A stretch of DNA of 35,498 bases from Helicobacter sp. (GTDB lineage: Bacteria; Campylobacterota; Campylobacteria; Campylobacterales; Helicobacteraceae): positions 1 to 35,498 of the forward strand of contig JAAVGZ010000070.1 in the NCBI GenBank assembly GCA_014799985.1. Reading direction: 5' to 3'. Position 1 is the first letter of the stretch, and each line of letters begins with the position of its first letter. This document shows, one piece after another, positions 9,847 to 17,806 of the stretch. Both the position numbers and the translations under genes were made by a program. The notes under the pieces are model-generated. The model saw only the letters and a program-made list of their open reading frames with translations. It was not told the DNA's origin and did no database searches.

Positions 9847-10740
9847 TTGAATCAATTCCAACCCCTCACCCTTGCAGATAGGGGGCTCATCGAATCCTAT
9901 CTGCGAGAATACCCACCAGAAGTGTCCGATTTGTCTTTCACCAACCTTTTCTTGTGGCATTTTTCGCGCAAGATTCAATTCTGTGAAATCGCGGGCACGC
10001 TTTGTATTGAAACAACATATCCCGACCAAGCCCCATTTCTCTTTTTCCCTGTTGGTGGTGGCGATAAATCGCGGGCAATCGAAAGCCTGATTGCGCATTA
10101 TCGAGCGCAAAATATCCCCTTTTGTATACATTCTCTTTCGGAAAAAGACAAAGCCGAGCTCGAAGCGCTCATGCCCGAACGATTTGTCTTTGAACACAAC
10201 CGCGACCGCTCGGATTATATCTACGAAACCAACAGCCTCATCGAGCTCAAAGGGCGAAAGTTTCACAAGAAAAAAAACCACACCAACCAATTCTATGAGA
10301 ACTACCCCAATCATAGCTATGAGACGCTTAATGAAGGCAACCAGCAGGAATTGCTCGCCACGTGGAATGCTTGGTTTGCGCAAAGCGAGCCCACGCCAAG
10401 CCTCACCAACGAACACATCGGAATCTGCAACGCGATAACGCATTTTGCCGATTTGAGCTTCACATGCGGAATCGTGCGCGTTGATGGCGCGATTGTCGCC
10501 TTTAGCTTGGGTGAGGAGCTCAACAAAGAAACCGCCGTGATTCACATCGAAAAAGCAAATATTCGCTATCATGGCGCGTATCAAGTCATCAATCAACTTT
10601 TTCTAAAACATGAATGGAGCAGCTATCGCTTTGTCAACCGCGAGGAAGATTTGGGGATTGAAGGCTTGCGCAAGGCGAAGTTGAGCTACCAGCCATGTTG
10701 CATTTTGGACAAATACGAGGCGAGATTGAAGGAGGGGTGA
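9847..10740 (+). CDS. Stand-alone DUF2156 protein (aminoacyl-tRNA-dependent transferase, MprF C-terminal-like double GNAT fold)
   Basis: SDLSFTNLFLW, DYIY...L..LKGRKFHKKKNH.NQF, HIEKA.....GAYQ.IN, VNREEDLGIEGLRKAKLSY.P. TTG start follows aaagg. Confidence 0.85.
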   Translation: MNQFQPLTLADRGLIESYLREYPPEVSDLSFTNLFLWHFSRKIQFCEIAGTLCIETTYPDQAPFLFFPVGGGDKSRAIESLIAHYRAQNIPFCIHSLSEKDKAELEALMPERFVFEHNRDRSDYIYETNSLIELKGRKFHKKKNHTNQFYENYPNHSYETLNEGNQQELLATWNAWFAQSEPTPSLTNEHIGICNAITHFADLSFTCGIVRVDGAIVAFSLGEELNKETAVIHIEKANIRYHGAYQVINQLFLKHEWSSYRFVNREEDLGIEGLRKAKLSYQPCCILDKYEARLKEG

Positions 10741-11262
10741 ATGGATAATGCAAAATTTGCGCGATTGGGGCGCATTTTGGAGTTGTTGCACAAAGGCGAG
10801 ACTCTGTCGATTAGAGACTTGAGCGAGGAATTTGGCGTTAGCGAGCGCACATTGCAGCGCGACATCTACCAACGTTTGGGCGATAGGGTGATTAAGGTCA
10901 ATGGCACTTTTCAGCTTGCCCAAAAAGCAAAACACCAAAGCCGCGATGCGATGATTATGCAGGTTGTGCGCGAAGTCTGCCAAGAAATGGGCGAGGAGTT
11001 TGTCTCGCGAATCGATGAGATTTTTGCGCTTGCGCAAAAAGCGCCCAAACAGCAACCAAGCGCGCCCCGCGTTCCCGATTCTGCCCCCATGCTCAAAATC
11101 AGCTATTGCCTTCCTGATAATACTACACACAAAATACGTCTTGTGCCACAAAGCATTCTTTTTTATGACAATCAATATTGGCTACAAGGCATCAGCGACC
11201 AGGGCGCCGAGAAGATTCCGCTTGTGGCAATTTCTAAGATGAAGCCCATTAAAATCAAATAA
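10741..11262 (+). CDS. Compact winged-HTH plus WYL-like transcriptional regulator
   Basis: N-terminal LSIRDLSEEFGVSERTLQRDI (HTH_11/DeoR type). C-terminal ISY......IRLVPQSILFYDNQYWLQG...KIPL..I resembles the WYL Sm-like fold. No WCX domain. Confidence 0.7.
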   Translation: MDNAKFARLGRILELLHKGETLSIRDLSEEFGVSERTLQRDIYQRLGDRVIKVNGTFQLAQKAKHQSRDAMIMQVVREVCQEMGEEFVSRIDEIFALAQKAPKQQPSAPRVPDSAPMLKISYCLPDNTTHKIRLVPQSILFYDNQYWLQGISDQGAEKIPLVAISKMKPIKIK

Positions 11263-11326
11263 TCATTTGCCTAATTCTTTTTCATCGTAGCCCTTTTGTT
11301 ATAAGATATTAGGCGAAAGGGCGAAA

Positions 11327-12502
11327 ATGAGATACAGAACTCCTATTTTTTATGAAACGCGTCAAAAAAAGTTTTTGGACGCGAACGCTAAAGAGATTCG
11401 TAAAATCAAACTTTTTGTGCCCATTATCGCCATTATGCCCGCCGATTCTTTTTATGTCGCGCACTTAAATGAAGCGCAAAATGACGTAGAATCGTTTGCC
11501 CATGCCCTGTTGCAGCTCAACCTCGATGGCAGCGAGGAATATTTTTTTGCGCGCCCGAGCCCAAAGGTGGGCTATGTCTATCCGCAATCTCTGCTATGCC
11601 AAGCGATTACAGAGCTCCAAAGGCACTCGTTTGCTGCGTTGGCTGCTGCCCCATGTGTCGCGATTCTGCCCGCGCTTGTGCCGAGCAATGCGCCAACGCT
11701 TGTCGTTTGGGCAGGAGCGGATTGTTTTGTTGCTGTGGTTTTTGAGCGCGCCGTGCATTTTTTTCAGACATTCAAGCCCGAAGATTCGATTGCCATAATC
11801 CTAACAAATCTCATTCCCGTGCTGAATTTTCACCAACTCTTTCCGCAAAATGTTTTTAGCACGATTCAAAACGATGCTATCGCCGATTTTTGCGCCACAA
11901 GCGGAATCGAACTCACGATAATTGACGATTGTTTTTGTAGCGAAAAAACGATGGAGTTTGTGCAACAAAATCCGCAGATATGTTGGGCTGAAGATTCCAA
12001 GATTGAATGCGCAACTTTTGGCAAACTCATGTTTTTTGTGCTTTTTGTCTGTTTTGCCGTTTTGGCTATGCCATTGTGGGAATATTGGGACGCACACCAA
12101 CATTATCATGCGCAAGAACCCCAAGAAATGGGCGAAAAAAGCGGGGTCGATGTCGATAGATTCTATATCCAAAGTCTCCTCGCAGATTCTGATTTTCCGT
12201 TGGAATCTCTCGGGGATTCTCTGTGGTATAAATTATATGAAATGAATCATTTTGAAATGCAATATTTGAGCCAAATGTTGCTAGAATTTACGCACCCCGA
12301 CATCTTGCAGGGCGTGGATATTCAAAGGGTAAAAATGGATTATGATTCCAAGATTCTCCAACTCGAATTGAGCGCCGTTGATTATGGCATGCTCGTTGCG
12401 GCATTGGAGCGATTGAAACAAATCCACTCCAAGCCCATCTCTGTTTATCACACGCAAAATGTGAATGGACATTATGTCGTGCAGATTGGAATCTCGCTAT
12501 GA
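11327..12502 (+). CDS. Bitopic membrane protein, probable GspL/PilMN/MshI-like alignment subunit
   Basis: About 230-aa cytoplasmic domain, single TM (LMFFVLFVCFAVLAMPLW), periplasmic C-terminal domain. First gene of the secretin operon. Function inferred from topology and position only. Confidence 0.5.
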   Translation: MRYRTPIFYETRQKKFLDANAKEIRKIKLFVPIIAIMPADSFYVAHLNEAQNDVESFAHALLQLNLDGSEEYFFARPSPKVGYVYPQSLLCQAITELQRHSFAALAAAPCVAILPALVPSNAPTLVVWAGADCFVAVVFERAVHFFQTFKPEDSIAIILTNLIPVLNFHQLFPQNVFSTIQNDAIADFCATSGIELTIIDDCFCSEKTMEFVQQNPQICWAEDSKIECATFGKLMFFVLFVCFAVLAMPLWEYWDAHQHYHAQEPQEMGEKSGVDVDRFYIQSLLADSDFPLESLGDSLWYKLYEMNHFEMQYLSQMLLEFTHPDILQGVDIQRVKMDYDSKILQLELSAVDYGMLVAALERLKQIHSKPISVYHTQNVNGHYVVQIGISL

Positions 12503-13371
12503 AATTTTTGCATTTTATCTTTGGAATCATACAGAAAATCGAGAGATATTTGGTCGCAAAAAGCGCGAGCGAACGAGCGGTTATTTTTGTTTTGTCTGGG
12601 TTGTGCGCCGGTGTTTTGTTGTGGAGATTTATTGTCCCAACAATAGAAGAATACACGCGAGAATTATATCGATTGAGCGATTTGCGCAGGGCAGATTGGC
12701 AAAACGAGAGAGAGCAAGAAACGCATTTGCAACATTTCAAAAACAAACAAATTGCGCTGGAAATATTGGCGGAACAAATCCAAGAACGTTATGTTGAAAT
12801 CGAGCAAACACATCAAGTATGGCAGGATATTTTGGGCGAAATTTCCAAGATTATTGTGGATACAGATAGGATTCCTGACGAGATTCGAGCGACAAACAAT
12901 GGAAAGAGCTTGATTCTAAAAGGGAACGCAGAATGGCTGCCCCTGCTCGAGCTCATCAATTTGCTAGAACGCAACATCGTGTTTTTGCAAGTCGATTCGA
13001 TTGTATATACACAGAATCTCGAGGAATGGAACTATGAATTGACGATGAGCAACCCTATCAAAACATTTGAGACAATCGAGCAAAACGAAGAGGCGATTCT
13101 AAGATTTTTAAACAGCTCATCGCATGCGCGCGCGCCCGTGCCAAAGATTGCGATTCCAAAAACATCGCCCACCATAATGCAAACGGCAGAAAGCCCCTCT
13201 ATCGTTGTGCAGGCTTTTATGTCAAACCATGCAAAAATTAATGGAGAATGGTTTGCCATTGGCGAAATCAAAAATGGGATTCGATTGATTGGAATCGAAG
13301 AATGCGGCGTTGTGCTCGAAAAGGCGCAACAAAGAGTGTGCATTCATATTGATGTTTCAAGGAAAAAGTGA
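12499..13371 (+). CDS. GspM/PilO/MshJ-like protein with C-terminal CtsR/MshK-like domain
   Basis: N-terminal SERAVIF...LLWRFIVP TM, coiled coil, Pro-rich linker, then VQAFM..HAKINGEWFAIGE...GIRLIGI....VVL. ATGA overlap with the previous gene. Confidence 0.55.
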   Translation: MKFLHFIFGIIQKIERYLVAKSASERAVIFVLSGLCAGVLLWRFIVPTIEEYTRELYRLSDLRRADWQNEREQETHLQHFKNKQIALEILAEQIQERYVEIEQTHQVWQDILGEISKIIVDTDRIPDEIRATNNGKSLILKGNAEWLPLLELINLLERNIVFLQVDSIVYTQNLEEWNYELTMSNPIKTFETIEQNEEAILRFLNSSSHARAPVPKIAIPKTSPTIMQTAESPSIVVQAFMSNHAKINGEWFAIGEIKNGIRLIGIEECGVVLEKAQQRVCIHIDVSRKK

Positions 13372-14861
13372 TGTATAAATGGTTTCTAGGATTCTTGTTG
13401 GCAGGCGCAATGGCATGTCCGATTAGTATCGTGAGTAATGGCGAAGTTTCTTTGGAAGAGCTCCTTGTCAAATTGAGCCTTGAATGCAAGATGAATATTG
13501 TCATCAAGGATTCGTATTCGACACAACGAGTCAAGGAAATCTTTCCGATTCTACATCTTTCGCAAATGCCCATTCACGATAGTATGGAAGTTTTGCTCCA
13601 TGAAAATGGGTTGTTTTATGAAATCGAAGATTCCGTGTTGCGGATTTTTGGAACAAAAACGCAGGTTTTTCAAATCCATTATGTTGCAACAGAACGTAGC
13701 GGTATGAGCAGTACAGAAGTATCGATTAGCCGCAACGATGGCGGCATGGGCTATCGTGCAAATAGTGGGAGCGAGCATGATATTTTTGAAAAGAGCGGCG
13801 GAAGTCGTTCGGGTGTCAATATCACGACAGAAGATAAGCTCAATTTTTGGAGCACCATTGCGACAGAATTGCATCATATTCTCTATCGTCCCGGTGAAAT
13901 GTCGCCAGAGCACACTACCCCGCCAGATGTGAATAGTACAACCGCAAAAACATCGAATATTATCATCAACAAAGCCGCAGGGCTCATCACGGTTACGGGG
14001 ACAAAGTCGCAGCTTGAACGTGTCGCAAATTATTTGGAGATTTTGCAAAATTCTTTGACGCGGCAAGTTATGATTGACCTTTCGATTCTGACAATCACGC
14101 ACAATAATGCGCACACGACAGGAATCGACTGGAATCAACTCTACTCGCTCCAAAATTTTAGCACGATTCCGCAAACAGATAGCGCCCAAAATGGCTTTAT
14201 GCAGCTAAGCAATGGAGAGTTTAGCTATTCTCTCAATCTTTTTCCGCAGAGCATTACATTAAATAGAATCGTGGAGTTTCTAAGTCAATATGGCGAAGTC
14301 AGCACATTGTCAAACCCCAAATTGCTCACACTCAACAATCAGCCCGCGATGATAAGTGTGGGCGATGTGATTCGCTACCGCAAGAGCACGGTATTTCAAA
14401 GTAGCGCAAATACGACAACAAATACAAATACGGACACAGAATATCCCTCTGTCTTTGCGGGCGTTTTGCTCGATATTACGCCTTCTATCTTTGAAAATAA
14501 CCTCATGCTAAAAATCAATCCTTCGATTACGAGTCTCAAGGGGCGCGAGGTTCAAAATGCGGCGCAGGCGCTCGATTCGCCACCCAATCTAAGTGCAAAT
14601 CAGCTTTCGTCTATCGTCTATGTGAGCAATGGCAAGAAGATTGTGATTGGGGGATTGATTCGCAAAAGTTCCAATATGGAATATTCAGGCATTCCTATTC
14701 TTATGGATATTCCGTTGTTGCGCTATCTTTTTTCGTATAAACAAGAGATTCAAAACACGGTGGAAATGGTGATTGTCATCACGCCATATATTGTCGATAT
14801 TGCAAATATGGATTCTGCCGAAAATCAAGATTTTGTGGAGGACGTCAATGAAACAAATTGA
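13371..14861 (+). CDS. Outer-membrane secretin, MshL/CtsD type
   Basis: Signal peptide, FW..I..EL..IL, IINKAAGLITV.G, RQVMID, GIDW, LSNPKLLTLNNQPAMISVG, GVLLDITP, IGGLI, IPILMDIPLL.YLF, EMVIVITP. Confidence 0.92.
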   Translation: MYKWFLGFLLAGAMACPISIVSNGEVSLEELLVKLSLECKMNIVIKDSYSTQRVKEIFPILHLSQMPIHDSMEVLLHENGLFYEIEDSVLRIFGTKTQVFQIHYVATERSGMSSTEVSISRNDGGMGYRANSGSEHDIFEKSGGSRSGVNITTEDKLNFWSTIATELHHILYRPGEMSPEHTTPPDVNSTTAKTSNIIINKAAGLITVTGTKSQLERVANYLEILQNSLTRQVMIDLSILTITHNNAHTTGIDWNQLYSLQNFSTIPQTDSAQNGFMQLSNGEFSYSLNLFPQSITLNRIVEFLSQYGEVSTLSNPKLLTLNNQPAMISVGDVIRYRKSTVFQSSANTTTNTNTDTEYPSVFAGVLLDITPSIFENNLMLKINPSITSLKGREVQNAAQALDSPPNLSANQLSSIVYVSNGKKIVIGGLIRKSSNMEYSGIPILMDIPLLRYLFSYKQEIQNTVEMVIVITPYIVDIANMDSAENQDFVEDVNETN

Positions 14862-16401
14862 TTGGGAAGAATGTTACCAAAAATGTCTCGATGGCTCGAT
14901 GAAGCCAGAGGACATAGATTGCCCGCTTGATGAGGTTTTGCGCAATCTCGCGCATGTTGCGAAGTTGCCCTATATCGAGCTGCAAGCCGAAAATATCGAT
15001 ACGTCAATGTTACGTTCCTTTTCTATCTTCAATGCAACGAAATTTGCAACCTTGCCGCTAAAATCTGATGATGGCAAAATCCATTTCGCCTCGCTCAATC
15101 CTTTTAATCCGCTCATGCGCCACACCCTCCAGAATCTTTTTGGGGCTAAAGAATCTGTTTTTTGCTTCGCTTCGCCACAATCTTTTGCGTTTGTGCTTGA
15201 ATGGGTGAGTGTCGAGGCGAAGGCGCTATTATTACAATCGGCGCTACTAGAAGAGCATAAAGCCCCAAGTCAAGATTCTACGACTTTGCAAAGTTTCGTG
15301 GCATTGTTGCTCGAAGAAGCATTACGACTATGCGCGAGCGATGTGCATATTGAATCGAGGGACTATACATCGATTCGCATGCGTATCGATGGTTGTCTCA
15401 TAGAAAGATTTTGCTTTGATTTGGCATTGTTCGCGCCGCTTTCTTCGCAGCTAAAGCTGATTTCTAAGCTCGATATTTCCGAAAAACGCAAGGGGCAAGA
15501 TGGGCGATTCCAATTGCCAACTTTTCCAAAAGTCGACTTTAGAATCTCGACAATCCCCATTGCAGGTGGCGAATCGATTGTCCTAAGAATCCTCGATAAT
15601 TCACGACAGAATCTGACGCTTCATCAGTTAGGTTTCGCTCCAGATTCCATAGACATTTTGCGCCAAACAATCCAAAAAACACATGGGATTCTTTTTGTTA
15701 CGGGACCAACGGGAAGCGGTAAGTCAACGACCCTTTATGCCCTATTGCAGCTTTGCAACAAAGAGCGACAAAAAATCATCACTATCGAAGACCCCATTGA
15801 ATATGAAATGCCCAAAATTACGCAGGTTGTGTTGAATGATAAAATCAATTTTGGTTTTTCGGAGGTTTTGCGCAATATTTTGCGCCAAGACCCCGATATT
15901 CTGATGATTGGCGAGGTGCGCGACCAAGAAACCTTGCAACTTGCGCTTCAGGCTTCGCTCACGGGGCATCTCGTGCTTTGCACTTTGCACACAAACGATG
16001 CGCTCGAAAGCATTACGCGCCTTTTGGATATGGGAATCGAGCCCTATTTTCTCGCCTCTGCCTTGCTGCTTGTCGTCTCGCAGCGGCTTGTGCCAAAACT
16101 TTGCCCACATTGTCGCGAATCGTATCCAATCGACTATGCAGATTCTCGCGCGACTTTTTATCGTTCCAAAGGCTGTGTGCGCTGCTATGGGCGCGGGTTT
16201 TTGGGGCGAGAATTGCTCTATGAAATCCTGCCGATTACCAAGAATCTCAAAGAGGCGTTGCACCAAAAAGCCACGCAAAAAGAACTCCTAGAAATTGCTA
16301 AAAATGCAGGCTTTGTGCGTATGGTTGAGCAGGGTTTGGAGAAGGCAAAATCGGGATTGATGACGTTAGAAATTTTACATGGAATCCAAAATGACTTTTG
16401 A
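14848..16401 (+). CDS. GspE/PilB/CtsE-family assembly ATPase
   Basis: ASDVHIE, RMRIDG, QDGRF, GPTGSGKSTTLY, TIEDPIE, LRQDPDILMIGEVRD, TGHLV..TLH, CPHC...CVRC. ATG 14848 follows ggagg. Confidence 0.95.
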   Translation: MKQIDWEECYQKCLDGSMKPEDIDCPLDEVLRNLAHVAKLPYIELQAENIDTSMLRSFSIFNATKFATLPLKSDDGKIHFASLNPFNPLMRHTLQNLFGAKESVFCFASPQSFAFVLEWVSVEAKALLLQSALLEEHKAPSQDSTTLQSFVALLLEEALRLCASDVHIESRDYTSIRMRIDGCLIERFCFDLALFAPLSSQLKLISKLDISEKRKGQDGRFQLPTFPKVDFRISTIPIAGGESIVLRILDNSRQNLTLHQLGFAPDSIDILRQTIQKTHGILFVTGPTGSGKSTTLYALLQLCNKERQKIITIEDPIEYEMPKITQVVLNDKINFGFSEVLRNILRQDPDILMIGEVRDQETLQLALQASLTGHLVLCTLHTNDALESITRLLDMGIEPYFLASALLLVVSQRLVPKLCPHCRESYPIDYADSRATFYRSKGCVRCYGRGFLGRELLYEILPITKNLKEALHQKATQKELLEIAKNAGFVRMVEQGLEKAKSGLMTLEILHGIQNDF

Positions 16402-17590
16402 GGTTGTTTATAGCCAAAATGGCGTTTTGCACACCATAGAATTTCAGGCAGAAAGTCGCGAGAGCGCAATCCAATATTTTAAGCAAAATCAGAATGTCCA
16501 GCTCATAAAAATCACCCAGATTCCGACAAAAAGAATCCTGCTTTTTCGCAAAAGTTTGAGCACAAAAGAACTATCGGTTGTCTTTTATCAATTTGCCATT
16601 CTCCTAAATGCCGCTATCCCTTTGCGCAGCCTGCTTGAGAGCCTCGCGCAATATCCCCACCCGCGCGTTGCGGCGATGTTTGCGCATGTCTTGTCTGCTG
16701 TGCAAAATGGGCAGCAGCTTCGCGATGGATTCGCGCCTTTTTACAAAGAGCTTGGCATTGGAATCGAGCTCATCGCGCTAGGAGAAAAGAGCGGGAATCT
16801 GCCCCGAACATTAATGCTTTTTGTCGATTTTTTGCGTGCCAAAGAACAGAATCAAAAGCGCCTTCTAAACGCGCTTGCCTATCCTCTCTTTTTGCTCGTT
16901 GCCATAGTCGGCGCGCTATTTGTGATTATCGGATTGCTCCTGCCCCAATTTGAAAGTCTCTTTGCGAGTTTTAATAAACAGCTCCCCCCGCTCACGCAAT
17001 TCCTTTTTTCGTTGCAGATTCTCACGACCCCTCTTTTTCTAGTGGGCTATGCCATTAGCTTTTGTGTTTTAGTGCTTTTTTGGATTCTGTTGCGCCAAAA
17101 CGCAACATTCCAACAAGCTTTTGACGCATTGTTGTTGCGGATTCCATTCATCGGGAATCTGTTGCGCGCGCAACATCTCTTTTTTTATTTCTCGACAATG
17201 CAGCTCCTCTTTGCTGCGGGCTTCGTGCTCGACAATGTCCTGAATCTTTGCACAAAAACATGCGCCAACAGCGCCTTGCGCGCGCAGCTCGCAACGATTC
17301 CGAGCTATCTCAAACAGGGGCACAACTTGAGCGATTCGATGCAGCATGCGCGCGTGTTTGCGCCCATCGTGCTCGCGCTCATCGCGGCGGCGCAAAAGAG
17401 TGGCGAAATGGAGAAAATGTTGCGCACGGCTGCCGAGCTCTATGGCAGCGAAGCGGCGCACAAGCAATCACAGCTGCTCGCGCTCATCGAGCCGCTTATG
17501 ACATGCCTCATGGCGGGGGTCGTGCTGCTGATTGCGCTGGGCGTGTTTCTGCCTCTGTGGGAGCTCAACGCGGTTGGCACGCAATGGTGA
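16391..17590 (+). CDS. GspF/PilC/CtsF-family inner-membrane platform protein
   Basis: GEKSGNL, ALAYP, LLPQFESLF, LPPLTQ, LLRIPFIG, SGEMEKML, LIEPLM, VFLPLW. Alternative start at 16379. Confidence 0.93.
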   Translation: MTFEVVYSQNGVLHTIEFQAESRESAIQYFKQNQNVQLIKITQIPTKRILLFRKSLSTKELSVVFYQFAILLNAAIPLRSLLESLAQYPHPRVAAMFAHVLSAVQNGQQLRDGFAPFYKELGIGIELIALGEKSGNLPRTLMLFVDFLRAKEQNQKRLLNALAYPLFLLVAIVGALFVIIGLLLPQFESLFASFNKQLPPLTQFLFSLQILTTPLFLVGYAISFCVLVLFWILLRQNATFQQAFDALLLRIPFIGNLLRAQHLFFYFSTMQLLFAAGFVLDNVLNLCTKTCANSALRAQLATIPSYLKQGHNLSDSMQHARVFAPIVLALIAAAQKSGEMEKMLRTAAELYGSEAAHKQSQLLALIEPLMTCLMAGVVLLIALGVFLPLWELNAVGTQW

Positions 17591-17596
17591 GGCAGG

Positions 17597-17806
17597 CTAG
17601 GGCAGGCAGCGCCCACCGCCCACGAAATGCAGGAGCTCGAGCTCATCGCCCTCTTTGGGCGTGTGGCTGCTCCATTGCTCCTTTTTGAGCACCTCGCCAT
17701 TGAGCGCAATCGCGACAACCTTAGAATCCACGCCGAGCTTGCGCAGCACGCCCTGCACGCTTAGCCCCTTCTCGACACTCTGCCATTCCCCATTAATCTT
17801 AAGCTG
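17597..17806 (-). other. ThiS-like sulfur-carrier (ubiquitin-fold) domain at the GlmU C-terminus
   Basis: QLKINGE...VAIALNGEVLKKEQW....PKEGDELELLHFVGGG followed by RCLP-stop. No Met at the start of the domain. Confidence 0.88.

Noticed and set aside
13228-13260. Shared KINGEW hexapeptide between the 12499 protein and the ThiS domain of GlmU
   Set aside because: The surrounding sequences are unrelated and the 12499 protein has no GG terminus, so this is treated as coincidence.
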